Positions 1 to 12,647 of a stretch of 64,000 bases of DNA are shown in pieces. Within the stretch, counting starts at the first letter, position 1. Every line of letters begins with the position of its first letter. Below the pieces are notes generated by a model, which worked only from the letters and a program-made list of their open reading frames with translations, made no database searches and was not told the origin of the DNA. A program made the translations under genes and the position numbers. Source of the stretch: Felis catus (lineage: Eukaryota); contig NC_058382.1 in assembly GCF_018350175.1 (NCBI RefSeq), positions 61,816,001 through 61,880,000 of the forward strand. The letters are read 5' to 3'.

Positions 1-990
1 TTACACTCGGTTGTGCCAGTGGGACCCAGACAGGCCAGCTGTGAGGTGGTATGCCCGTTGAGTAACTTGGGAGCAGTGCAGGACTGCTAACAAAATTGCA
101 CAGGGCTACTAGTCCTGTGCCAGATTTCCCGATGTCCTTTGGTGGCTGGGGACTGTGGACCAGCGGTGGAAGCTAGGGGCGTGAGGATATGCACAGATCA
201 TGTCTGTGCCTGGGGACATGTGGCTGGGTGAGACAGATGAGGATGCCTAGATATGCACAGCTGGGTGAGGTGCAGATGTGCACAGCGTGCTGTGGCAGCT
301 ATGCATGCAGCTTGTCAGACAGGGTGCGCTTGTGGTTGAAAAATGTTTGCCCTGAGACCAGCAGGCTTGGTTTGGTGAGCCCCTAGTGAACCCTTGGGAC
401 TGGCACACTGCTAACGGGTTAGGGAGCAAGTGTCTGTGCAGCCTCACCCTCTGGTGGGTGCTTCTATGCTTATTCTGGGAGGCTGGGGGAGAAGAATGGT
501 GTCTGTGAGCTCCCTCATTGTGGGAGAAGTCCTCCAACACACTCAGTAATCAGCATGAATGAATGTGTCTCCTGTTGCCTCTGCATTGTGTAAAATGGCA
601 TGTTTACATTGCCTCTCTACACAGGCAGGTACCTGGCTATCACTCATCCTCCTATATCACCCAGTGCTGGGCCAGCTGACCTCCAAACCTCCAGGATCTA
701 AACTCAACGGAATTCAGCCCCTCTGGGTTTTAGTGCCAAATGTTATGGAGATTAGTCTTCACTGTGTGAGCTCCATGGTATGAGGGCTCACGTTCTCTGC
801 CCATTCTGCAGGCAGCCAGACTCTACCTTTCTGACCTTCGTAACCTTTCTGATGCAGGTTCTCTCTATTTAGATGTGGAGTTTCTTCTGCCAGTCTTTGG
901 ACTGCTCTCTGGTTCATGGACTTGGATGTGGATATTATGTAGTTGAACACATGGGACAAGGTGAGCTCAGGATCCGCTTACTCTGCTATT
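1..990 (-). mobile_element. LINE-1 5'UTR, carnivore L1-like, decayed; element continues off the left edge
   Basis: Reverse complement near 990 reads 'gcagagtaagcggatcctgagctcaccttgtcccat...aagactggcagaagaaactccacatctaaatagagag', which resembles recalled carnivore L1 5' ends. Confidence 0.65.
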
Positions 991-1239
991 ATTAATTTTT
1001 TAAATGTCTTATTATTTTGGATTTTTGAGACATGGGCAGGCAGACTCATATCACCAATGCACTTCAGGATTTGAAAGGAACTTTGCAACATTTGCTTCTA
1101 GTATTTTATGTTTTGAAACTCTCTTTAATGAGGTATAATTTACATATAACAAAGCCTCAAGTTAAAGGGTATAATTTAATGGGACATGAGGGTACAGGAC
1201 CATGGGTACAGCACCATGAAATCATGTGTTTTCTCCCTG

Positions 1240-2309
1240 CTTTTTGAGGTAAGGACTACTTTTTTTTTTTTACACGTTTTCAGATATTGCCCAGGTGTCT
1301 GAAAGCCTGCATTGGGCTGAGCCTTAAGAGAGAAGTTTTGAATTCAGTTTTGAGAGTAGACAGCCAGTCCAAGAAAGCCTTCTAATTGGCTCTTAGATTT
1401 AAGTTGTGAGAGATTGTGGATGCCTTGAGTCTGCCTGGATCTAGATGTGGGCCTTGTTCTGCGAACAGGTGAACTAAATACCTAACCTGAGTTAGAGCAA
1501 ACTTTAGGTTTTTTTTTGGAGATTTTATGGGCATTTTAAAATGAAAAGTTTTCTCAGGGGGGTGTTGTCTTTGTGTGAAGAGGCATGAGCAGGGGAGCAG
1601 AGAAGCAAATCATCTACACATTGTAACAAAGTAGAGCCTGCAGAACACTTTCCATCATCCAAATCAGCCTTTAAAGTTTGTGGGAAACATGAATCACTCT
1701 GTGAAACTCAGGGAGGTTGCAGTCCAGATGTATTGTCATCCCCTGCATGTGAAGGTAAAAAGATACTGGCTATCCTTATCAACTAGAATGCTAAAAACTA
1801 CACCACATGGGTCGTGTAGAGTGAAAACTTTGCTTTCAGGAATAGTGGATGTTGGTAGAGTGTGAGGTTTGGGAAGAAGGGGGTGTCGAGGGATTACAGT
1901 GCTATTGATTTCTCAGAAGTCCTGGACAAAATACTATCCACAGCAGTTGGGTTTTCTCACAAGTATAATAGAGGTGTTATATGGACTACTGCAGAGGATC
2001 ATGAGACCATGAGCCTTGTTACATTCTATTATGATGTTGATGCCTTGAAGGCCTTCTTAATTGAAAAGATATTAATTCTAGGGAGAAGTTTTGCAAGATC
2101 AACTTGAATCTTGAAGGGAGGTACACTTTGGATTTTGCCAATATCAGTTGAAGATTTTGCCCATAACGAGGATGGGAGCTGATCCAATAGGAATAAATGA
2201 TCAGTACCTCCAGACTCAGCTATAGGACCAGTGAAGACACGGCACAGAAAAGGTGCCAAAGGATCATTTGTTTCCCCTTTTTGCTATTTTGGTTACTGTT
2301 GTCAAATTA
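1240..2309 (-). mobile_element. pol: ERV1 (gamma-like) pol fragment, protease-RT junction and RT, with stops and frameshifts
   Basis: Minus-strand translation gives LLDQLPSSLWAKSSTDIGKIQSVPPFKIQVD, VDKDSQYL, QYIWT, GSTLLQCVDDLLLCSP (YVDD changed to CVDD, 1609-1620) and RQLEGFLGLA. Confidence 0.9.
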
Positions 2310-2369
2310 TAGGTCGTGGATCTCAAGTTCAGAGTATCTGCACATTATTTTAGAAAATCCTTCAAAGGA

Positions 2370-4330
2370 TCCTCTTGTAGAATAGAGATTCCTGGTCTAC
2401 TGAGGGAGGCATTCAATCAGTACTATCTTAAAGTTAAATCTATATTGCAAGAGAGAGGGTAAGGAAATTGGTCAAAATTTCCTTATGTAAGACTTGTAAA
2501 TTAGGTGCCACCCTTCTGGCCCTTAAAGGCACTGAGAAAAGCAAGTTCTTGCAGACTTGCCCTCTGAGGGCTCTTCTCAGGAAAAGCCACCTGTTAGACC
2601 CTCATGCCCTCCTTATCCAGGATTGTCAGAGATGAAATATCTTCCTCTCGAAAGGAAGGCACATTCAATGTATCTATTGACTAAAATGCTTCTTGGTGAA
2701 TTTGGTCCCATGAAGGGTCCTTATTTGTTGCAATATTCTAAGCAAATAAAAGGACCTGAGCAAAGTTGCAGACAATCCTGAGCAATATATACAAGTATTC
2801 CAAAACCTAACCCAGGGTGCTGGGGAAACAAAAAGACACAGGCCATCCCTAACAAAGGGGAATCTAACACCCCTTTACTGTTTTTCCTAATACATTCCGG
2901 TTACTGTAACTGTATATGGGGCTTACTCCCTCATTCATTTCCTGGGTCAATGATTATGGTGATTAGAGCCAACTGTCTTTTGTTGGTCTCCCTCAGAATA
3001 GAGGCTTTCAGGAATATTCCCAAGCCACTGCCAAAACTCCTTTTAATCAGTGGAAGTTCCCTGTCTTCTCTGGCCTGACATGGACTGTCTAATTCCACTT
3101 GTTGGTGGAAAAAAACCTGGTGTCTGCTCAACTGTTCAAGTTGAAAGACTTTAGGACCAGGAGACCTCTCTCTCTGCCCTCTAGGCTTTTATCTGCCTTT
3201 GGGTTTTAGGCAGAATCTTGCCTCTTCTGCCTTCCCCCACTTCCTGTTTCTGCACCACCTTGGGTGAGGCCTGCATAACTGGCTCCTATACCATCCTCAG
3301 TGCCTCAGGCACCATTGGTTTCCCCTCCCACCCTCTAATGTCAGGGAGTCAAGAGCATTCCCTTGGGCCACCCACTTCAGATCTCCCCACCAGTGTCCCA
3401 GGTAAAAACTGACAATAGGGAACACATAGAGTGTCTTTTTAATGGATGCAAGAGAAATTTATTAGGTATGTAAACGAATTTAAGTTTGTTGGCTTAATTA
3501 AAAGTAGAGTTGTCAGCATTAAATAGAAAACTTTATTCTATCTAGGTTTACTAAAGTTCAAATAAGCTCATGTTATCTATGTTGCAATTTGTTAGCAAAA
3601 TGATGGTAACATAAAATGATGGTTAATTCTTTCTCAAAATTTTCATGGGTAATTGTGAAGATAGCTTTGAAAGTCTTTGGTAACCTGAAACGTATGAGTT
3701 TTGCTAGGATGATAAATTGAAATTGAATTCATTGGACCTCTAGGTCTTTTTCAAACAAGACAAAGTGCTAAAGCTTTGATTAATAAACATAGGTTTGTGC
3801 TTTTGACTTGTTATTGCACAGAAACAAAGGATATTTGGGTCTTTCGGAAAACATGCTTTTGCTTAATTGATAAATTTGCCATCTGCAGAATTCTGCTGTA
3901 ACAGTTTGTACTTGGTTACTACTTAGTTTTCACTGGAGACTAAGGTTTCTATGAGTTAAAATTCTGCTTAATGTAATGAAGATGGATAAAGATAAGAAAG
4001 TTATTATGTAGAAAAGTAGGAGATACATAAGGAAGATGTAAGGAATGGGAATACATGTTTGTTGATGGTAAAAGAAAGTAATTTTGTCACAAATGAGACA
4101 GGTTGTTTGGAGAAAAGGGGCTTAAGTCACAATCTGAAAGCAAAAGAAAGTTGTAGAAGGTTTGTGAAGGTAAATGTTTGGAAATAAATTTCATATGTGC
4201 TCAGGATGGACTAGGGTTCAAATAAATGGATTTTAAAATACAGTGGTATAAGATTAAAATTCTGCCCTAGTCTCTATTACAAAAGCAAAGGTTTCTTGGA
4301 TTGTCATTATTTCTTTGAGAAAAAAAAAAA
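2370..4330 (+). mobile_element. ERV1 internal region: gag MA/CA remnant, then pro-proximal and AT-rich MER4-group-like internal sequence
   Basis: Frameshifted gag motifs (W.TEGG..., LNLYCKREG, PPYPG, EFGP, KQIK, YIQVFQNLTQ) at 2370-2815; 2818-3850 is homologous in inverted orientation to 9100-10108. Confidence 0.75.
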
Positions 4331-5027
4331 AAGAAAAAAGGTAAGCAAAGTTTTCCCCCACTTTTGTCTGCACAAAAAGATGGAAAAAAAAAAGTGACTT
4401 TAACCAAAAGGGCAGGACAGCATGCCCTTTTGATCACCATATATATAAAGGGCTTGTACTAGAATACATAGGAGCCATTTTGCTACACTAGCTCAGTGTC
4501 TGCCAATTTGTAGGACCTAGATACTCTAAATGGCTGGAACATATATCTATGGGCACTGTTGAAAAAGGCAAGGAAATAGACCTGTACTTTGGCCCTTTTA
4601 GGCCTCTTGGCAGCCGATTTTATCCTAAAAAAAAATATGGTTTTCACAAGCCTTTAAAAATATATTGTAAAGTCGATTACTCTTGGGCCAAAATAAAATT
4701 AGTGCATCCTTCTACAACCAGGGTATTCTTTCTTGGTCGTAGTGGATACCCCCAAAGTCCTGCTGGTGGAAAACGGAGGGATAAGAGAAATCAGGGAAGA
4801 CAAGGTCAATTCTGGGAGGTAGGGTCAAGCCTGGATAAGAGTGACTGCTCCCAGCGTCTCATGAGACTGACAAAGCTTTTGGCTGCCAGTTGAATAGCCA
4901 GACAAAATACAGGGCCAGGAGATAAGGCTTCTTCTCCTGTCCAACTATAAGGGTCAGGACATGTGACTTCTCCTGGCCAGCTATGGAAAATTAAGTTAAG
5001 GGATGCCTTTTCCTCCTTTCCCTATAG

Positions 5028-5565
5028 ATGGGCATTTCCCCAACCAAGGCTAATACTCCTGTGGGATGCATTCTGAAAAGTTGGGATGATTTCAATCCAT
5101 AAAGTTTGAAAGAAAAAGATAAAGACAACCATTAATTATCATGGGGTTGAAGACCCTATAGGGAACTTTCAGTTTCCTTGGGACCCAGGTAATTACATCC
5201 CAAGATCCTACCTGGGACTGTGACCATACCATTAAGAAATGGTATTGCCACCACTTCCAAGCTTGTGCTTTAGACACATTAAGGAGGTCTAAGGTTAAGC
5301 CCTTAAATTATGTTAAATTAGCCACTATTTTACAAACACAAAATAGAGCCCGATGGCCTTCCTAGAGAGGTTGAGTGGGCTCTCTTTAAATATATGGCTA
5401 TTTCCCCTGACACCCTTGAAGCTGAGATGATTTTAAATGACAAATTTATCATTCAATTGCCCCCAGATATTCAGAGGAAGCTGAAAAACTTGGCTATTGG
5501 CCTGGAAGAGATGCTGGAGGTGGTCTTTGAGCTGCCAATTGGGTACATTACAACAGAGATAAAAA
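5028..5565 (+). mobile_element. gag: ERV1 gag fragment (ERV9/HERV-W-like), internally deleted
   Basis: MGISPTKANTPVGCILKSWDDFNP, then LRRSKVKPLNY, AFLERL and ISPDTLEAEMILNDKFIIQLPPDIQRKLKNLAIG capsid motifs. Confidence 0.85.
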
Positions 5566-5577
5566 CAAATCAAAACA

Positions 5578-5799
5578 GGGGCGCCTGGGTGGCTCAGTCA
5601 GTTGAGCGTCCGACTTTGGCTCAAGTCATGATCTCGCGGTCCATGAGTTCAAGCCCCATGTCGAGCTCTGTGGTGACAGCTCAGAGCCTGGAGCCTGTTT
5701 CAGATTCTGTGTCTCCCTCTCTCTCTGACCCTCCCCATTCATGCTCTGTCTCTCTCTGTCTCAGAAATAAATAAACGTTAAAAAATTAAAAAAAAAAAA
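5578..5799 (+). mobile_element. Can-SINE (felid SINEC_Fc type)
   Basis: GGGGCGCCTGGGTGGCTCAGTC head, CT-rich tract and A tail; TSD aatcaaaaca at 5568-5577 and 5802-5811. Confidence 0.95.
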
Positions 5800-5999
5800 G
5801 GAATCAAAACAAAACAACAGGAAAGGAGCCTTAAGAAAAACCTGAGGCCTTAGTCATGGCCTTACACACTCTGTCACACAGAGGAAGATGGACACAAGAG
5901 GCAGGGCCTGAGCTGTGGCCTGAACACAAGGTTGTTGCCTCCTGTCTGTAGACAGAAAAGGTGGGGGGAAGGGAAGAAGAGGACTCAGAAGCCTCATTT

Positions 6000-6887
6000 T
6001 GTCTTTTTAATCTATACTTGCGTCATCTAGGTTGTAAATTGTATTTGGACAGATGTAATTTTTGATTCTTGATAGCATTTGGAAACTTCAAAAAACCTAT
6101 TGAAATAGACATATCACTCAGTTTTGTCAATTTTAGAACCATAGTTGTTCAATTAACTTTGAAAAAATTAAGTTTGATATGACCGAGAGTTCCCCATCAT
6201 GGCCATTGAAGTTCTAAATTATTTCTGGTTAAGTCAGTCTATTCATTTATAAATGTGCATCCAGAGAGGGACCATAGTTTTTAAACATAAAACCAAACAG
6301 AGTCCCAGTAGGCAGGATGCCCTCAAAGCATTTTGATGTCTGGGATCCTATTCCTTAGAAAATTTTCAGGGATTGCCTGTTTCCAGAAGGAATCAGACCC
6401 AAGGCCAGCACAGTTCCAGAGAGAACAGTCGACCCCAAACAGGCCATAGACTGAAAGCTAAAACAGTTCCAAGCAGCAGAGTTCCAGTGGGAACAATCCA
6501 GTTGCAAAGGGGAATAGGAACAAAGGCCTTCACAATTCCGACTGGCACTGTTCGAACTGGAAAGGTCTGATTGTGAAAAGGACGCAGACTGAAGGCTAGC
6601 CCAGTTCCATTAGGAGCAGTCTCATTCAAAACAGAAATTAGACCAAAAGCTAGCACAGTGCCTTTAGACTGAAGGCCAGATGAGTGCCTTTCAAGATGAT
6701 TTTTTTCAAAATCATAAATAGATCCCAAATAAATCCTGGAGAACTGAGACATGAGGTGTGGAACTTGTATTCCAGGATAAAACTTGTCCTTAAAACCCCA
6801 GGGTAGGCATGAAAGCAACTCAAAAAGTTCCTTGGGTACTGTACCCGTTTGCTAGCCAGCTCTGGAGCCATTGGGGTCTTCTCTGGA
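6000..6887 (-). mobile_element. ERV leader and gag matrix start of a minus-strand provirus
   Basis: Minus-strand GSQTSKCFEGILPTGTLFGFMFKNYGPS resembles ERV1 gag N-termini; the leader carries repeated 'agactgaa(a/g)gct..cagttcca' motifs at 6400-6690. Confidence 0.7.
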
Positions 6888-6905
6888 GCCCACTTCTGAT
6901 CACCA
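6888..6905 (-). promoter_or_regulatory. Retroviral primer-binding site, tRNA-Leu-like
   Basis: Reverse complement TGGTGATCAGAAGTGGGC versus canonical Leu PBS TGGTGTCAGAAGTGGGAT; lies 5 nt from the LTR-terminal CA. Confidence 0.8.
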
Positions 6906-6910
6906 AGAAT

Positions 6911-7359
6911 TGTCAGCCTTAAAAATACAAACCGCCAGTTATTTTACCAGAAGAAGATGTTTTTATTGAGGAATGAAAGAGAATTGTAATCTGGGACATA
7001 CCAGCTGTGGCAAAACCATAAGCAAGTACAGGAAACAAAGGAGGGGAATGCTCTTTTTAGGGAGAAAAGAGATAAGTAGGAAAGGCTTTTGAAAAGTCCA
7101 TTGGAGTAAAATGGGGGTTTGCAATGTGGTAGCTTCTCATTGTCTGAGCATTTGCATAGATGGTGGTTGTGAGGAAAGAGTTTCTTCGCTGTGGCTGGAG
7201 TAGTAGATTAGTATCCACATGCAAGTCCAGTGTTTGTAATGTCAAGGCCTTCTCTTCATGTTGTGTCTACAATTAATTTGCCATAGTAGGGTGGGAGATC
7301 TGCCCCTACCAAAACATCCTGTGTCCATTTTGTCAGGTTTCCCGTTACTAATTTTCACA
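6911..7359 (-). mobile_element. ERV 5' LTR of the minus-strand provirus
   Basis: TG...CA termini (tgtcagcc...aattttcaca), minus-strand AATAAA near 6962-6967, directly abuts the PBS. Confidence 0.7.
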
Positions 7360-7520
7360 ATTTCATACATATTTTTGATGAAATGTGAAAAATTTTTTGA
7401 AGGTTTGGGTTTGAGCGAGTGAACGGCTAAGAAAGAATTCTTGAGATATCTTTGTTGCAAAAATGTGATTATTTTATAGCACAGGGACAGGATCCGTGGG
7501 CACACAGAGCTTCATTGGGA

Positions 7521-7650
7521 TTTTTTTTGTTTGTTTTATTTTAAAAAGAGTGAGCACAAGTTGTGGGAAGTGAGCAGAGGCAGAGGGAGAGGGGAGAGAG
7601 GGGGATAGAGAGAACCCTAAGGAGACTCCATGCTCAGCCTGGAGCCTGAT
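7521..7650 (-). mobile_element. Partial Can-SINE
   Basis: T-rich tail, (GA)n tract and 'ctccatgctcagcctggagcctgat'. Confidence 0.75.
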
Positions 7651-10520
7651 TGAGCTCTTCCTAATCTGGAAGAGCAAACATTAGAGAACAAATAATGTTT
7701 CAAACATAAGTCATAAAAATCATATTTGTTTTCAGTTCATTTAGTGTCATGTTGCTAATCTTTTGTTCAGTTTGAATGTAGCCTTTTAGTTCTAGACATT
7801 CTTGCCCATTTCACTTTTATGATTTTAAGATAACAAAAAGCTGCATTTGTTTTTTTAAAGTTCTTTTTATGAATCTCCTTGAAGATGAAACTTATTTTGC
7901 AAATGACAAATGACTGTAATGCCCTTGACAAGAAAATTCAGTTATTTCTGTGACACAGAACAATTCAATAATCAGAATATCAAGTGATGACCTTATTATC
8001 AATGCATATTAAAACTTCTGGAATTTCATATATATATTTGAACACTTACAGCAATTACCCAAGCAATACAACCCAAGGTTTATCATTATTTGTTTGAGAG
8101 TTCTTTCCAAGTAATTTAACATACTAAATAAAAAAGCCTAATTAGTCAAAAGGACTTGATTTACAATTCACATCTTGAGGAAGTTTGTTAAAACCCTCAT
8201 AGAGTTTTACATTTATTTATTTTTGAGAGAGAGAGAACACAAGTGGGGGAGGGGAAGGGAGTGAAGGAGACAGAATCCAAAGCAGGCTCCAGGCTCTGAG
8301 CTTTCAGCACAGAGCCTGATGTGGGCCTCAAACTCACAAACCGTGAGATCATGAACTGAGGTGAAGGTGGATGCTTAACCAGCTGAACAACTCAGGCACC
8401 CCGACCCTCAGAAAGTTTTAAAGTACATGTCTAAATAGGATTACGGTTCAATATAAAACTTAAAACAATTATTTATTTAACCAAGGTGGCAATAAGATTT
8501 TAAAGGCAGATATGTAGGGTTATATAGCTGTGAGTAAAACTTAGCTCCTTACATATTGAGAAGTTTTAATCTTTTTTAAGTAACCAAAGACCTGATAAAC
8601 ACAAAACATGGAAACTTTGGTTATCTAGGGAGACAAAAGAGAAGAAAAAAACAGCAACTTTGTTTACATTTTTTTTTCATTAAGAGCTGACCAACAATCC
8701 AAGAAACCTTTGTCTTTTTTAACAGAGAGAAAAGCAGAATTTCAATTTTATACCGGTGTACTTGTTACAATCCATTTATTTCCACCTTTTCCCAACAGCA
8801 CATAAAATTCCTTTCCAAAGATTTCCCTTCATAAAACTTTTACAACCCTTTTAAAAAAAAATATCAGAGTTGCTTTCCTTATTTCCATCAAACTTAATTA
8901 CATTTAGCAGAAAAATATTAACTCTTTGAAAACTTAGTCTCCAGTGAAAACTAAGTAGAGACCATTTGTGAACTGTTACATCATAATTTTTCTAGATCTG
9001 AAATTTTAAAACAGAGGTTTTTCCATGGTAGAATCTTTCAATAAAGCACAAAGCATATTTACCAACAAACCCAAGTATCCGCAGGTTCTGTGCAATAAGA
9101 AGCTGGAAGCACAAAAGTACCTTCAGTAAACATTGCTTTCGTATTTTATCTCATTTGGAAAATACTTAGATACCAATGAATTCAACCCAATTTATCATTT
9201 AACTTAGCAAAACTACAAAGTTTCAGGTTACCAAAGCTCTTGATAGCTATCTTAACAATTACTCATGAAAACTTTGAGACAGACGACATTAACCATCATT
9301 TCAAGTCATCCTTTGTTAACAAATGGCCACAGAGATAACAGGAGCTTATTTGACCTTTAGCAAATGTTGGTAAAGTTTCCCATTTCATGCTGACAACTCC
9401 AAAGACATGTCTATCTTAATTAAACCAACAAACTTAAATTAGTTTAAATATTGAGTATATTCCACCCATGTCCACTTAAAAGTCAACCAATTCGTTCCCC
9501 ATTGTCAATTTGTACCTGGAACATTGGTGGGGGAATCTAAAGTGAGCATTTAAAGTCCAAGGGGGTGCTCTTTGCTCTTTAACAGTGAAGGGAACAAGAG
9601 GAGCCAATGGTGCCAGAGGCACCCAGGATGGTATAGGAACCAGTTAGGCAGGCAGTACCCAAGGTGGTGCAGTAACAGGAGGAGGGGGAGGGGAAGGCAG
9701 GGATGGGATACCATCCTCCTGCTTCCAGGAAGGCTGGAGGCAAGTCAAAGCCCAGAAGGCAGAGAAAGAGCTTTTCTGGTCCTAAAGCCTGTCAGCTCAG
9801 ACAGATGACCAGATGTAGATGTTTTTCCCCACCAACAAGGGGAAATGGGCAGTCCATATCTGGCCAGAGAAGACAGGGAATTTCCCTGAAACAAAAGGAG
9901 TTTTGGCAGCTGCTTGAGAATATTCCTTAAACTCCCTGTCCCAAGGTAGACTCACCAGAGACAATTGGCTCCAATTATCATAGCCATTAACCTGGGAAAT
10001 GAATGAAGGAGACACTCCCACTTACAGCTAGAGGAACCTGGGTCTGTAAGGAGGAACAAAGAATGTAAGCATCCCCTTTGTTAGGGATGGCCTATGTTTC
10101 CTCCAGCAAGCTGGGTTTATTCAGAGGAGGCTGGTTGAGACAATCATCCAATATATCAGAAGGTAATTTATCAGCCTGGTTAGTGGCCATACACATTCTG
10201 CAAGAGGCCCTTAGATCGGGGTCCTGATTTAGGGCCACTCAGGCTTGGACATAGGGTACCTCAGTCCATGTGCCCTGTTTCCTGCAGAAGAGATCTAACA
10301 GAAAGGTTATACTGAAGCTTAATATCCCATTAACTGGCCATTTTCCCTCATGTCCTAAGGAATAATGAGGTCTAGCAGTGTTACAGAATATCAGTCCTTT
10401 TGTAAACCTTGCAATCCTAATTGGTTCCAGTGGGTTGAAAGGTAGACCAAAGGAGAGTCCTTGGGAACCAACGAAGCAGCTAGAGAAGGTCCATTACCAA
10501 AAATCCACACCATCTGCGCC
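7651..10520 (-). mobile_element. ERV1 internal region (gag MA, protease remnant, AT-rich MER4-group-like internal sequence)
   Basis: Minus strand gives KWPVNGILSFSITFLLDLFCRKQGTWTEVPYVQA (about 10240-10345) and KLTMGNELVDF*VDMGGIYSI (protease DTG-like, about 9450-9510). Confidence 0.8.
8205..8402 (-). mobile_element. Can-SINE
   Basis: Full body; TSD accctca(t/g)a(g/a)agtttt on both sides. Confidence 0.9.
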
Positions 10521-10976
10521 CCCGCTCCCGCCCAACCACTCCAACTCCTGGGTGGAATTCCACACAGGGTATGTCTTTGACACTAGGAAACTATGTATGA
10601 CATACCATAGTCTTCATTTGGGTTCACTCTTGGATTGTACATTCTGTTGGATTGGACAAGTTTTGATGACATGTATCCGCCATTATACTATCATACCCAC
10701 TAGTTTCACTGCCCTAAATGTCCTCTGTGCTGCACCTATTCATCCCTCCACCTCCCTCTGCCCTAAGCCTTGAGTGTCAGTGATCTTTTTACTATCTCCA
10801 TCATCATTCCTTTTCTAGAATGTCATATAGTTGGAATCATAGTGTATGAAGCCTTTTCAGATTGGCTTCTTCCACCTAATAACATCTGTTTAGGTTTTCC
10901 TACATGATTTTTCACAACTTGATACCTTATTTCTTTATAGCCCTGAATAATATTCCATTGTCTGGATGTACCTCGG

Positions 10977-11219
10977 TTTTCTTTCTTTTTTTCTTATTTT
11001 TTTTAATGTTTATTTTTCAGAGAGAAAGAGAGAGATAGACAAAGAGACAGAGCGTGAGAGGGAGAGGGTCAGAGAGACAGGGAGACACAGAACCTGAAGC
11101 AGGCTCCAGTCTCTGAACTGTCAGCACAGAACCCGACTTGGGGCTCAAACCCACAGACCACAAAATCATGACCTGAGCTGAAGTCAGACACCTCACCGAC
11201 TGAGCCACCCAGGTGCCCC
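10977..11219 (-). mobile_element. Can-SINE
   Basis: Full body; TSD tggatgtacc..ggtttt. Confidence 0.95.
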
Positions 11220-11397
11220 ATGGATGTACCGTGGTTTTCTTATCCGTTTGCCTGCTGACAGACACCTTGGTTACTTCCCTTGTTGGAAATTATTAAAACC
11301 GCTCTTATCATGCATGTTCAGGGTTTTGTGTGGGTAAAAGTTTTCAACTTTTTGGATAAGTAACTGAGGAGCACAATTACTGTATCATAGGGTAAGT

Positions 11398-11625
11398 GTT
11401 TTTTTTTATTTATTTTTTTTAACTTTTATTTATTTTTGAGACAGAGACAGAGCATGAACGGGGAGGGTCAGAGAGAGAGAGGGAGGGAGGCACAGAATCT
11501 GAAACAGGCTCCAGGCTCTGAGCTGTCAGCACAGAGCCTGACGTGGGACTCGAACTCACGAACCGTGAGATCATGACCTGAGCCAAAGTCGGATGCTTAA
11601 CCGACTGAGCCACCCAGGCGCCCCC
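11398..11625 (-). mobile_element. Can-SINE (felid type)
   Basis: Full body ending ccacccaggcgcccc; TSD atagggtaagtgtttt. Confidence 0.95.
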
Positions 11626-12369
11626 ATAGGGTAAGTGTTTTGTAGGAACCACCCAACTCTCACCAAAGTGGCGATACCACCATTTTGCATTCCCTCCTGG
11701 AATATATGAGTTTCTGTGGCTCCACATCCACAACAGCTTTTGGTGTCATCAGTGCCCTAGATTCTGGCCATTCTAACAGGTGTAGTGGTATCTCATGGTT
11801 GTTTTAATTTGCATCTACCTTGTGACATATGAGGTAGAGCACGTTTTCATATTCTTATTTATTATGTGTATATCTTTCTGTTGAAGCTTCTGTTAAAGTC
11901 ATAGCCCCATTTTTCTCTCAGGTTGTTTGTTTTCTTACTGTTGTGTTTGAAGAGTACTTGGCATATTTTAGAAAACAGTCCTTTACAGGTGTGTGCTTTA
12001 CAAGTATTTTCTACCAGTCTGTGGATTCTCTTTTTGTTCTTTGATAAGATTCACTACTTATTTGGTTTTGCTCCTTAATTCCTTATTTGAAGCACTGGAT
12101 TCTAAAACTTAATACTAGGGTTGAGAAAAGAAAGCAAAACTGTTTGAGAATTTGCCCTGAAAACATCTTGTGTGTTTTAGCTTACTTTGTGTAATAACGT
12201 TGAAGCTATAGGTGCAACTATGTGCTCATTCCTGGCATAAAGACATACTGAGTCAAGTGTTGATGCAGGAGAGTTTGGATGCAAATTTTCTGACAAAAAT
12301 TATGTGTCATCCGTACTTTAATGTTTTGAAATCCATTCCTAATTGTGCAATACTGTCATGAAAATGGTT

Positions 12370-12563
12370 CTTTTTAAAAATTTTCTTTGGAGAGACAGCG
12401 TGCATGAACAGGGGGAGGAGCAAAGAAGGAGAGAGAGAGAATCCCAAGCAAGTTCCATGCTCAGTGTGGAGCCCAACGCAGGTCTCCATCCCATGACCCT
12501 GGGATCATGACATGAGCCAAAATGAAGTCAGATGCTCAACCAACTGAGCCACTCAAGTACCCA
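12370..12563 (-). mobile_element. Older Can-SINE
   Basis: SINE body; TSD aaaaatggttctt. Confidence 0.85.
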
Positions 12564-12647
12564 AAAATGGTTCTTGTTTAATGAACAATATTTGGAGGCT
12601 TCAGAAATGTTCTCAGGTTATGGAATCTGCTCCTTTTCTTTTTTCTT

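Larger units (their letters stand above)
10590..12045 (-). mobile_element. Old L1 3' end (L1MC-like), interrupted by two SINEs
   Basis: 'gggttcactcttgg...tagtttcactgccctaaa...ttttctagaatgtcatatagttggaatcat' resembles L1MC 3'UTRs. Confidence 0.8.

Noticed and set aside
247..959. Minus-strand ORFs that could be an exon of a cellular gene
   Set aside because: Better explained as L1 5'UTR
2370..5565. Idea that the gag piece at 2370-2815 is the segment deleted from the gag at 5028-5565 (one scrambled gene)
   Set aside because: 2370-2815 is collinear with the related copy at 10350-9100, so it belongs to a separate provirus
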